In this document: piece by piece, positions 1-8,109 of the stretch
How positions within the stretch are numbered: the stretch's first letter is position 1
Layout of the letters: each line of letters opens with the position of its first letter
Source: a virus
Taxonomy: Duplodnaviria; Caudoviricetes
IMG/VR virus record: IMGVR_UViG_3300010355_000898
Span: 160,001 to 224,000 of that record
DNA: 64,000 nucleotides
Direction: 5' to 3' (one strand)
The notes under the pieces: generated by a model
What the model was told of the DNA's origin: nothing
What the model saw: only the letters and a program-made list of their open reading frames with translations
The model's database searches: none
Made by a program: the position numbers and the translations under genes

Positions 1-1
1 C

Positions 2-298
2 AATATCAATCCTGGACATTTAACTGTTGAAATGGCCATTGATGCATGCATTGAGAGTTGGGGTAACATCAAGCCAGTGATGCACATTTCAAATTCAAAA
101 CCTGGGATCACTGAAAACAATTCTGTTCCTGAACGTAGGGCCCACAGTGATTACATTGAACATTGTCACCCATACATAATTGAATTGTTGAAATCTGATG
201 TGATTGATCTTGAAATTGAGGCAAAAGCAAAAAATCTTGCTGTTGACAAGTTTGCAAAAACATTCAATGTCATGAGTCATCCAATGAGTGAACAGTGA
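2..298 (+). CDS. uvsE: UV-damage endonuclease UvsE/Uve1, C-terminal part (5' truncated by window)
   Basis: Frame open from base 2; C-terminal UvsE motifs P-V-M-H-I-S, RAHSDYI and D-L-E-I-EAKAKNLA. Confidence 0.8.
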   Translation, partial: NINPGHLTVEMAIDACIESWGNIKPVMHISNSKPGITENNSVPERRAHSDYIEHCHPYIIELLKSDVIDLEIEAKAKNLAVDKFAKTFNVMSHPMSEQ

Positions 299-427
299 AC
301 AATATGGTGTTAGGATTGATGCCATGCTGTTGAACACAATACTGTTGTTGATTGTACCAATTGGGATAATGATTGATATTGTTGTGTTGAAACAGTCAAT
401 TATCACAATATTTATCAGACAGTGACA

Positions 428-595
428 ATGAAATTATCTGTAAAACAACTCAGAAAGATCATTTTTGAAGCAATGAATGAAGATGCATGGATGCCAAACA
501 AATGGATGCCAACATCTGGCGAACCGGTTTCAAAAGATGATGCTGAAAAGTTGGGCGAAGGTGATGAGGACATTGACGCAAATCAGAATGATTAA
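428..595 (+). CDS. Small 55-aa protein MKLSVKQLRKIIFEAMNEDAW..., possible internal head protein (not in ORF track)
   Basis: Hand-translated ATG428-TAA595; ATATTTA motif at 408-414 upstream; N-terminus resembles that of 33945..34172. Confidence 0.7.
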   Translation: MKLSVKQLRKIIFEAMNEDAWMPNKWMPTSGEPVSKDDAEKLGEGDEDIDANQND

Positions 596-602
596 AAAGT
601 TT

Positions 603-630
603 TGTACAAAGTCAATAAACGTTGTAATGT
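603..630 (+). promoter_or_regulatory. Sigma70-type promoter TGTACA-N16-TAATGT
   Basis: Same -35-like hexamer and TAnnnT box as six other intergenic sites; lies upstream of the tRNA-like element and sigma operon. Confidence 0.5.
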
Positions 631-670
631 CATATTAATGAATTCCTGATTTCAAATAGAAATCTTGTAT

Positions 671-745
671 GCAATGATAGTTTATTGGAAAACATTCCTT
701 CACAGTGATTGGGAAGAAACAAATTCATAATTTGTTCATTGCACC
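671..745 (+). tRNA. Degenerate tRNA-like element (pseudo-tRNA, anticodon undetermined)
   Basis: Cloverleaf folded by hand: acceptor GCAATGA/TCATTGC, T8-A9, D-stem GTTT/AAAC with ATTGGA loop, stem TTCCT/GGGAA with 11-nt loop, T-stem ACAAA/TTTGT with TTCATAA loop, then A-C-C. Confidence 0.5.
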
Positions 746-760
746 GCATCCTTTGGATGC
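746..760 (+). other. GC-rich hairpin GCATCC-TTT-GGATGC directly after the tRNA-like element
   Basis: Perfect 6-bp inverted repeat; no U-tract, so a processing or stability stem is more likely than a terminator. Confidence 0.45.
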
Positions 761-780
761 CTTAACAAAAGAGAAAAATT

Positions 781-1125
781 GTGAAAAAGTCAAATAAGAA
801 GAGTGTTAAATTCAATCCTCCCACAATGATCAATGTTGATGAATTGGCAAAAATGCAGGAAGAAGATGTGATTGCACTGTATCAATCACTTGATAACGAT
901 AGAAGTCATGTTGCACAACATCATGGTGACCCAATGCCTTGGGAAACAGAATTGGCATACATTCAAAAAGAATTGCAATATCGTGCACAAAATCGTGCAG
1001 CCCACAGACAATGGGAAGAAAAGGAAAGGATTGCGCAAGATCTTGCAGAAAATAGTTATCCTGAATTTGAACACAACAATTTCAAAATTTTTGAGTTTAT
1101 CATCAAGAGTGGAAAATATAATTGA
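781..1125 (+). CDS. Hypothetical protein
   Basis: 114-aa ORF with GTG start, in line with the sigma gene. Confidence 0.7.
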   Translation: MKKSNKKSVKFNPPTMINVDELAKMQEEDVIALYQSLDNDRSHVAQHHGDPMPWETELAYIQKELQYRAQNRAAHRQWEEKERIAQDLAENSYPEFEHNNFKIFEFIIKSGKYN

Positions 1126-1133
1126 AGGAGGTG
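1125..1133 (+). promoter_or_regulatory. Full-length Shine-Dalgarno AAGGAGGTG of the sigma gene
   Basis: Perfect anti-SD complement 5 nt before ATG1139. Confidence 0.75.
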
Positions 1134-1138
1134 TCTAA

Positions 1139-2008
1139 ATGACACAAAAACAGTCAATATTTGATGATAAACAGTTCAAAAATGGTGGAACACTTTCTGC
1201 ATACATCAATGAGATGAAGAAATATCCTCAATTGAAGCATGCAGACACAATTGAACTGTTCAAACTTCTTGAGCAGGGTGGTAAAGAAGCAGAAAAAGCA
1301 AGAAAGAAGATCATAAATTCAAATTTACGTTTGGTCATTTCAATTGCAAAGCAGTACAAAAATCAGAATATTCCACTTGAAGATTTAATTCAAGAAGGAA
1401 ATATTGGATTGATGAAATCAATTGAAAGATTTGAGTGGAAGAAGGGTTTTAGATTTTCAACATATGCAACATGGTGGGTCAAACAGGCAATTGGACAACA
1501 CATGTTGAAGACAAGACGTCTCATCAGATTGCCAGCGCATGCTGTTTCATTGCAAAAGAAGCTGATATCAGCAACTGATGAATACAGAAAACATATGGGT
1601 TGTGAACCAACAATTGAAGAACTTCAGGAATTGGTCAATGCTTCAGAAGCTGTCATAAAAGCAACAATGAACAGTGGTCGTGGCGCAATATCAATGCAAC
1701 AATCAAGTTCATGTAATGAACATGATACAATAGAAAATCATCTTGAAGATCCGGATTATGAATGCAATCCATTTGACAGTGTATCAGAAATTGAATTGAT
1801 ATCAATCACAAAAAAGATATTGTCATCACTCTCTGAAAAGGAAGAAGCAATATTACGACTCAGATTTGGACTCTTTGATGATCCAACAAATCATAAAGAT
1901 TATCCAATAACAGAGGATGAATATGACAGTATTCGTAATAAAGGAATAGGATTACAAAATGTTGATATTGATGCTAACATTGATATTGATGATTCAACTG
2001 TTGAATAG
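1139..2008 (+). CDS. RpoD/sigma70-family RNA polymerase sigma factor lacking region 4.2
   Basis: Region 1.2 (LSAYINEMKKYPQL), region 2 (NLRLVISIAK, DLIQEGNIGLMK, GFRFSTYATWW), region 3 (RLIRLPAH, PTIEEL), region 4.1 (LSEKEEAILRLRFGL), then an acidic tail with no HTH. Confidence 0.92.
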   Translation: MTQKQSIFDDKQFKNGGTLSAYINEMKKYPQLKHADTIELFKLLEQGGKEAEKARKKIINSNLRLVISIAKQYKNQNIPLEDLIQEGNIGLMKSIERFEWKKGFRFSTYATWWVKQAIGQHMLKTRRLIRLPAHAVSLQKKLISATDEYRKHMGCEPTIEELQELVNASEAVIKATMNSGRGAISMQQSSSCNEHDTIENHLEDPDYECNPFDSVSEIELISITKKILSSLSEKEEAILRLRFGLFDDPTNHKDYPITEDEYDSIRNKGIGLQNVDIDANIDIDDSTVE

Positions 2009-2174
2009 TGTACTGATATTCAAACTGCATTCAACAATTAACAAAAAATTTGATGATGTTATTGAACAGATCAAAAATGTTGATATGAATGCCAATACAA
2101 CAAAAATTGGTAATACAGATTTCATTGACAAATTGTTTATGGCGCACAGAAAGAATTATGAAAAGAGAACATAA
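1959..2174 (+). CDS. Small protein with N-terminal hydrophobic anchor
   Basis: MLILMLTLILMIQLLNSVLIF hydrophobic stretch; fills the gap between sigma and the HTH gene; overlaps the sigma tail. Confidence 0.5.
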   Translation: MLILMLTLILMIQLLNSVLIFKLHSTINKKFDDVIEQIKNVDMNANTTKIGNTDFIDKLFMAHRKNYEKRT

Positions 2175-2436
2175 AGAATATTCAACAATTGGCGATATTG
2201 AAGGAGAAAATTTCAGAAATATTGCAGACATATTGTCAAAGATGGGTTACAAAATGAATCATTCATCTGTTCACAATTATGTTTCAAAGATAATGAAAAA
2301 GTTTGCGGGAGGTTTTGCTGAACACTATGGATATAAATGTTCTGAACAAAATCTATCAATGATAGCAAAATCTTCACTGTTCCAAAATGGTTTGGCTGAA
2401 ATATTGCACAAAATTGAAAATGAAAATCGAGAGTAA
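2158..2436 (+). CDS. Small helix-turn-helix protein (sigma region 4-like)
   Basis: GENFRNIADILSKMGYKMNHSSVHNYVSKIMKKF fits an HTH pattern; likely start ATG2158. Confidence 0.6.
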   Translation: MKREHKEYSTIGDIEGENFRNIADILSKMGYKMNHSSVHNYVSKIMKKFAGGFAEHYGYKCSEQNLSMIAKSSLFQNGLAEILHKIENENRE

Positions 2437-2455
2437 TTAGATTTGAGGTAATTTG

Positions 2456-2830
2456 ATGAAACTTAGAATGAACAATTCTGTACCAAAATTTGGTTTAATG
2501 AATCTTCTCAAGAGAAGGAAGAGTACACTGAAACTGTTTTTATCAGAATTTGGAATAACAACATACGCTGGATTGTGTGAAATGTGCCAAAAAATTGGAG
2601 TTGCTCCGCCAACAGAACAAATATTCAACAATTCATTATCTGTTGACAAAATGAATGTGAACAATCCGAGTGAAGGTGTCGTTGTCATTCAAATTGAACC
2701 TGAACAGATTTCAGACAATGCTGTGCAATATGATGAGCAGATTCAGCCTGAGTTTGAACAGATTACCTCATTTGATGACATCCAAAGACCCCAGAAAAAA
2801 TCAAAGAAACAAAAAGATATTGGACAATGA
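2456..2830 (+). CDS. Hypothetical protein
   Basis: ORF with GAGGT SD before ATG2456. Confidence 0.7.
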   Translation: MKLRMNNSVPKFGLMNLLKRRKSTLKLFLSEFGITTYAGLCEMCQKIGVAPPTEQIFNNSLSVDKMNVNNPSEGVVVIQIEPEQISDNAVQYDEQIQPEFEQITSFDDIQRPQKKSKKQKDIGQ

Positions 2831-2836
2831 TATCAT

Positions 2837-3205
2837 ATGGAAAATAATTCTGGGTCAATCTCGCATTCAAAACCTGTCATTCTTGATGTGATCACACAAA
2901 ATGGTGGTAATCATCATAACAAAAAGCATAAACGACACAAACAATTCAATCTGAAAAAACAGGAAATTGATCATAAAAATGTTGCAGAAGAGTACACAAA
3001 ATTTCCAATGGAATTGAAACCTCTCTTGATTGAAGCAATCAATTATGGAAAGAAAACAAATGCATTGGGTGCAATGTTGGGGGCTGTAGCTCTTTCCAAA
3101 GTGATCAGTATGATTGATGATATGAATTCACTTGATGAAATAAAACTGTATGCAAATAGTGAAATGAATAGACTGAAACAGATGATGTCTGCATATGATT
3201 TATGA
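2837..3205 (+). CDS. Hypothetical protein
   Basis: 122-aa ORF, collinear in the operon. Confidence 0.65.
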   Translation: MENNSGSISHSKPVILDVITQNGGNHHNKKHKRHKQFNLKKQEIDHKNVAEEYTKFPMELKPLLIEAINYGKKTNALGAMLGAVALSKVISMIDDMNSLDEIKLYANSEMNRLKQMMSAYDL

Positions 3206-3416
3206 TCCAGGAGATATATTGAAAGTTGAATATCCAATTCCACTTTGGGATGTACAAATTGGTTCAGTTGATCTGAAATTGATCAAATTTTTGGATGTTG
3301 ATGAATTGTGTTGTGTAATTTCTGGTGAAAATATGTCAATATATGTTTGTGCTGGTGGGACTGTTGGATATATCAGTGGTGCAGGTGTCAAATTCATTGA
3401 TAAAATGGTTCTTTGA
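3195..3416 (+). CDS. Small beta-rich hypothetical protein (SH3/KOW-like pattern)
   Basis: YDPGDILKV start and VGYIS motif; overlaps the upstream stop. Confidence 0.55.
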   Translation: MIYDPGDILKVEYPIPLWDVQIGSVDLKLIKFLDVDELCCVISGENMSIYVCAGGTVGYISGAGVKFIDKMVL

Positions 3417-3449
3417 ATAAAGTGGATGGTTTCAAATAGTTAACGTTAG

Positions 3450-4106
3450 ATGACCACAAATTTTGAAATTACCAATCAACAATTGGCGTCAAATTGTGGT
3501 CAGCAAATTTGTTGCAATACAAATATTCAACTTCCAACCAAGACACAACAATTTAATGCGCTGAGATCAGTTGGCATAAAAACAGTTCCATTTGGGATTG
3601 TAAAAAATGTTGTCAATTCATTGCAGCCATTGCAAATTGTTGTCTATACTGATGAATTGAAACATCATGGTGATGGAAAACAATTGGAATATTCTGAAAT
3701 TGCAATTGACAAATATGGTGATCTTCTGTGCTCTGCATACATTCACCCAATAAGTGATCTATCAAAATCAAGAAAGATATTGATGATTGGCGAAAAAAGT
3801 TTCACAATTGATCACTATTCTGATGATTGGCGTACAAATTGTGGATCAAAAGAAGTGATTATTCAGGGTGAAAATTTTGATTATCATGATGTTCTGTACA
3901 AACAGATGATAAATTTGATGCATATGTACAAAAGTCCAACAATTTCAGTTGATTTTGTGCATGTGTTTGCAAATATGTGGTTGGCAACAGATTTGAACAC
4001 AATTCCAAATTTATCAGACATCAATCTTAGTGATTATGTGTCAAATGCTGAGATCAGTGACAATGTCAACAGTATGAACAAGAAATTTCTTGATATCAAT
4101 TTGTGA
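3450..4106 (+). CDS. Putative ATP-grasp-fold protein (divergent RimK-like)
   Basis: DDWRTNCG, ISVDFV and TDLNTIPNL resemble C-terminal ATP-grasp motifs; ATAGTTA upstream. Confidence 0.45.
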   Translation: MTTNFEITNQQLASNCGQQICCNTNIQLPTKTQQFNALRSVGIKTVPFGIVKNVVNSLQPLQIVVYTDELKHHGDGKQLEYSEIAIDKYGDLLCSAYIHPISDLSKSRKILMIGEKSFTIDHYSDDWRTNCGSKEVIIQGENFDYHDVLYKQMINLMHMYKSPTISVDFVHVFANMWLATDLNTIPNLSDINLSDYVSNAEISDNVNSMNKKFLDINL

Positions 4107-4153
4107 ATATTTCAACAAATCATTAGTATAATCTAAACCTAATGGAGAAAATT

Positions 4154-4318
4154 ATGTTCAATTCAAAAATTGGTAAGTTTGTTGCTGTTGGAATTGCAGT
4201 TGGCGCAGGAATAGTTGCTTTCAAAATTTTGCGCAACGCATTGAAGAAATATAATCATGATCTGAAAAAAGAAACAACACAACGTGATTGTTGCAATTGC
4301 GTAGAAAATAATTCTTAA
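4154..4318 (+). CDS. Small single-pass membrane protein, 54 aa (not in ORF track)
   Basis: Hand-translated MFNSKIGKFVAVGIAVGAGIVAFKILRNALKK...CCNC; GGAG SD; TATAAT at 4127-4132. Confidence 0.65.
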   Translation: MFNSKIGKFVAVGIAVGAGIVAFKILRNALKKYNHDLKKETTQRDCCNCVENNS

Positions 4319-4330
4319 ACACATAACTTT

Positions 4331-5383
4331 ATGATCACAATACAAAAAGCATATTCATATGATGATGTTTTGCTTGTACCAAGATATTCGGATGTGAATT
4401 CAAGGGTTGATATTGATCTATCAGTTGATATGTGTGGATTGAAATTCAACACACCAATCATACCAGCAAATATGAAAGACATTGTGTCACAAAATTTTGC
4501 TGAAAAAATGTTGCAGCACCAAGGATTGGTAATATTGAACAGATTTGACAATAATCAAGTTCATATTTTTGAATATTTGAGCAAAAAATATGGTACAAAA
4601 TTTGTTGCTGAACATGTTTGTTTCAGTCTTGGTGTCAATGATATAGATTACAACCTTTTTGAAAGTTTCACAAAGATTGGTGGTAAACTGTTTTGTGTTG
4701 ATGTTGCTCATGGGCATAGCAAAAAAGTTGTCCATATGATTGAGAATATCAAAAAAAGTAATAGAGCACAGATCCTGATTGCAGGAAATGTTGCAACACC
4801 TGATGCTGCAATAAAATTATGGAGTGCCGGTGCTGATGTTGTTAAAGTTGGAATTGGTCCTGGTAAGATTTGTACAACACGATTGGAAACAGGATGTGGA
4901 TATCCTCAATTGTCTGCATTGAGTAACATCAATGATGCAAAATCATGTTATAGAGCCAGATTTGGTGATAACCAATTAATTGCTGACGGTGGAATAAAAT
5001 CGCCAGGTGATTGTGTAAAAGCATTATGTTTTGCTGATATGGTCATGGCAGGGAGTATTTTTGCTCATGCTGTTGAAGCAGCTGGTGAAATTGTTGTCAT
5101 TGATGGAATTACGTACAAAAAATATTCAGGATCTTCGACACATAAGAACTCAAGAATTGAGGGAAGAATTGTGTATGAAGAATTGAATGATTGTGTTGAT
5201 GATATTATGAAAAGATATCATGAAAGTATTCAATCAGGATTATCATATCTTGGAGTGCAAGAGTTGTCTAAGTTGAATGCGTCAAAACCTGTTTTTGTTG
5301 AAATCTCAACTTTACAAGGACAAAATGACTTTTCAAAAGAAACTTTACGTTTAACAAGAGAACAAATTCAAAAAAAGATATGA
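4331..5383 (+). CDS. IMP dehydrogenase / GMP reductase family (GuaB/GuaC), no CBS domain
   Basis: [44 protein letters not shown] (catalytic Cys), IADGGI. Confidence 0.92.
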   Translation: MITIQKAYSYDDVLLVPRYSDVNSRVDIDLSVDMCGLKFNTPIIPANMKDIVSQNFAEKMLQHQGLVILNRFDNNQVHIFEYLSKKYGTKFVAEHVCFSLGVNDIDYNLFESFTKIGGKLFCVDVAHGHSKKVVHMIENIKKSNRAQILIAGNVATPDAAIKLWSAGADVVKVGIGPGKICTTRLETGCGYPQLSALSNINDAKSCYRARFGDNQLIADGGIKSPGDCVKALCFADMVMAGSIFAHAVEAAGEIVVIDGITYKKYSGSSTHKNSRIEGRIVYEELNDCVDDIMKRYHESIQSGLSYLGVQELSKLNASKPVFVEISTLQGQNDFSKETLRLTREQIQKKI

Positions 5384-5411
5384 TAAAGATTAGTTACGAT
5401 TTGAGGCCATA

Positions 5412-5945
5412 ATGACACTGTCTCTTTTGTACAGAACAAACAAGAGTGTATCAATATTTTTCATCATATCTGCAATCATAACAATTGCATTATCAATTGT
5501 TGACATAAGGTTGTCTTTAACTCTTTTGATTCCAATATGTTGTTCATTGTATCTTACGTCAAAATATCTTGAATTGTCAAAATTCAAGATCAATCTTTAC
5601 AATTGCGTTCAGATTAAGTACAATGGTGAAATTTTTGGTATTGAAGATTTCAGAAAAGAGATTGGAAATACAATAACATTGTATGAAAAATTTATGGATG
5701 CAAACCAATTGATCTATGACAATCTTATGTTCATAGAAATGACAAAAGGGTCATTCATTTCTTTTGGCAGAACAGTTAATGGTATATGTTCAGGAAACTA
5801 TTTGAAGGTGTCATATTGGGATGATAGACAATTGGATGCTACAGCACTTTCACATGAAATTGGACACTATTTGTTGAAAATATATCTTGGTACAAATGAT
5901 GAAAATACACATCATAAATTCATGAAAGATAATAAATTGCCATAA
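5412..5945 (+). CDS. Membrane-anchored putative zinc metallopeptidase
   Basis: Two N-terminal hydrophobic helices; HExxH motif (SHEIGH). Confidence 0.55.
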   Translation: MTLSLLYRTNKSVSIFFIISAIITIALSIVDIRLSLTLLIPICCSLYLTSKYLELSKFKINLYNCVQIKYNGEIFGIEDFRKEIGNTITLYEKFMDANQLIYDNLMFIEMTKGSFISFGRTVNGICSGNYLKVSYWDDRQLDATALSHEIGHYLLKIYLGTNDENTHHKFMKDNKLP

Positions 5946-5947
5946 CT

Positions 5948-6406
5948 ATGAAAGTTGTAATTGATCGATTTGTTGGGGAATTCAGTTTTTTATCAAATTT
6001 TTATTGTTCACCAATCATGTTTGATGGAGTAATGTTCAATTCTGTTGAACATGCATATCAGGCAGCAAAAACTGATGATGTAAATTCAAAAAATTTGATC
6101 AAAAATGCAAAAACACCTGGGATTGCAAAAAAACTTGGTCAAGCAGTTGAATTGAGATCAGATTGGGATGATATCAAATTTGACATTATGAAAAAATTGA
6201 TACATGAAAAATTTCGAAATCCATTTTTGAGAGAAGCGTTGATTGCAACATCACCTGCAGATTTGATTGAATGTAATTATTGGAATGATACGTATTGGGG
6301 CGTATGCAGGGGCACCGGTGCAAACAATTTGGGAAAAATTTTGATGTCTGAACGTCAATCATTAATCAAAGAAATGATGTATGAAAAAGAATATGATGAT
6401 GCTTGA
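5948..6406 (+). CDS. NADAR family protein (YbiA-like)
   Basis: FLSNFY, SVEHAYQAAK, AKKLG, DTYWG, GANNLGKILM. Confidence 0.92.
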   Translation: MKVVIDRFVGEFSFLSNFYCSPIMFDGVMFNSVEHAYQAAKTDDVNSKNLIKNAKTPGIAKKLGQAVELRSDWDDIKFDIMKKLIHEKFRNPFLREALIATSPADLIECNYWNDTYWGVCRGTGANNLGKILMSERQSLIKEMMYEKEYDDA

Positions 6407-6674
6407 CACAAGCATATACCATAACATTGATGGAAATATAACACAAAATTGGATCAAAATGATCAGTAAGTTGTTTGAACAAAAATTCTTATCACCTTCT
6501 GAAATTGACAATCAACTTCAGGTGATAAGCAAACAATTCAATACGGTGTTGTATGATCTGAATACAGATTTGGGCATTTACAAAAAAATAAATGCTTGGT
6601 CATATTATAAGCAGTTATATCAACAAACAAAGGAACAAACGAATGAAAACCCAACTGATTGTTCTAAAAGCTGA
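6381..6674 (+). CDS. Hypothetical protein
   Basis: 97-aa ORF overlapping its neighbours in the operon. Confidence 0.55.
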   Translation: MKKNMMMLDTSIYHNIDGNITQNWIKMISKLFEQKFLSPSEIDNQLQVISKQFNTVLYDLNTDLGIYKKINAWSYYKQLYQQTKEQTNENPTDCSKS

Positions 6675-7011
6675 TGTTGTTCGAACTAAAATTGACACAG
6701 CAAAAATTTCTGCATTAATATCAACACAATTTTTGGTGCAATGTAATGATGCAAATTCAGCAACAAATTTATCTGTTGATTTGACAATGGATGAAGCTGA
6801 ATGGTTGTTTGGCGATCAGATTCGTTTTGTATGTTTTGCAAAGTCTGCAAACAAAATTGAATATGCTGCCGATAGAGCAGAGTTGGGTTTGCAATTGAAT
6901 GTTGAAAAGTATATTGTCAATGACGAATTGATTGCAATTGCAGTTGGACCTCATGATGAGACTGTAATCAAAGAATTGATGAATGACGTTGGTTTGAAAT
7001 TGGATAATTGA
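6643..7011 (+). CDS. Divergent peptidyl-tRNA hydrolase 2 (Pth2)-like protein
   Basis: KTQLIVLKAD...AKISAL, EWLFGDQIRFVC and IAIAVGP follow the Pth2 pattern; the DAG/T segment is not evident. Confidence 0.55.
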   Translation: MKTQLIVLKADVVRTKIDTAKISALISTQFLVQCNDANSATNLSVDLTMDEAEWLFGDQIRFVCFAKSANKIEYAADRAELGLQLNVEKYIVNDELIAIAVGPHDETVIKELMNDVGLKLDN

Positions 7012-7478
7012 TGAAAATTGTTAACATCAATTCAAACAAACTGATCAGCTTTCAAATTTTTTATTCATTGGAAGCCTTGTATCTTTGGCATTATGATGAT
7101 AAGAATATCATTGATAAATCTGAATATGAATTCATAGAATTGAATTCATATGATCAAAATTTGCAAATTGATTGGTTAGGCTGTGAAACATTTGAACATG
7201 ATGGCACATGGAATAAAGCACATTTCATAAGAGCAATCAAATTGAGAACAGTTGATAATGAACTAAAATGTATGCCATATTATGGTTGGGTTTTTGATGA
7301 AGAAATTGATTTATCAATTGGGATAAAAACGAAACAAAACACTGAATATTGTGTTACGCAATGTCAAGAACCAACAATAAATTTTGATCATGTTTTCAAT
7401 ACACCAGATTTATTACAATTCAATATCGAATTCAGCATACTGAAAGTTGCAACACAAAGCAAACAGATCATTGCTTAA
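7011..7478 (+). CDS. Hypothetical protein
   Basis: ORF coupled to the upstream stop (TGATG). Confidence 0.6.
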   Translation: MKIVNINSNKLISFQIFYSLEALYLWHYDDKNIIDKSEYEFIELNSYDQNLQIDWLGCETFEHDGTWNKAHFIRAIKLRTVDNELKCMPYYGWVFDEEIDLSIGIKTKQNTEYCVTQCQEPTINFDHVFNTPDLLQFNIEFSILKVATQSKQIIA

Positions 7479-7995
7479 TCTGTTTTGCAATGATTTTTAC
7501 ATGTGGAAATTCTTTTGTGAGTGATGCGATTGAATTTACATTGAATTCATTGTCATCATAAAATTCAATGTAATTGATATCATTTGTTTCAATCTGCTCT
7601 CTTACCCAAGATTGTTTTGCCTCAGGATTTTTTGCACCAACAGCCACAACATCAACATCATCAATTCCAAATTGATTCAATAAATCATAAACTGGACCTG
7701 CTTGATCCCTTGCTGTCAAGATGTACAAATTTTGACCACCATACATTTTGTGCAAATTGATAAATTTCTTGAATGTTTTTTGAATTATTTTTGGCTCAAT
7801 CAATTGATTGAATTCACTAAAATCAAATTGATCACCCGTTTTTGGAATGTATACATTGTATTGTGCAGGTGTGAGCATAAATTCTTGATGTGAATTCTGA
7901 TTTTTTACTTTCACATGTGAACTTGTGTGAACTAATGTATCATCAAAGTCAAAAATGAACAATTTGTTCACTGACACAGATTGTTGCTCAACCAT
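7468..7995 (-). CDS. HAD-superfamily phosphatase
   Basis: Motif I FDFDDT, motif II ILTAR, motif III K, motif IV FYDD. Confidence 0.85.
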   Translation of the reverse strand: MVEQQSVSVNKLFIFDFDDTLVHTSSHVKVKNQNSHQEFMLTPAQYNVYIPKTGDQFDFSEFNQLIEPKIIQKTFKKFINLHKMYGGQNLYILTARDQAGPVYDLLNQFGIDDVDVVAVGAKNPEAKQSWVREQIETNDINYIEFYDDNEFNVNSIASLTKEFPHVKIIAKQIKQ

Positions 7996-8020
7996 ATGTG
8001 TTAACTATACAATCTGAATG

Positions 8021-8103
8021 TCAGAATGTCATAGAAATAATTTTTGACAATTTGATGGTGTTACTCCAATCAAAAAATGAAAACATTTTCTATGACATTC
8101 TGA
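8021..8103. repeat. Long intergenic inverted repeat (17-bp perfect arms plus inner stem)
   Basis: TCAGAATGTCATAGAAA (8021-8037) is the exact reverse complement of 8087-8103; inner TTTGATGG/CCAATCAAA stem. Confidence 0.8.
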
Positions 8104-8109
8104 TTGGCT

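Noticed and set aside
288-426. Short hydrophobic ORF (MLLNTILLLIVPIG...) after uvsE
   Set aside because: No SD or promoter support, and it overlaps the ATATTTA box of the next gene; cannot be supported
1874-2160. Frameshift or sequencing error hiding sigma region 4.2
   Set aside because: Both alternative frames after LRFGL stop within a few codons and contain no TRERIRQ-like helix
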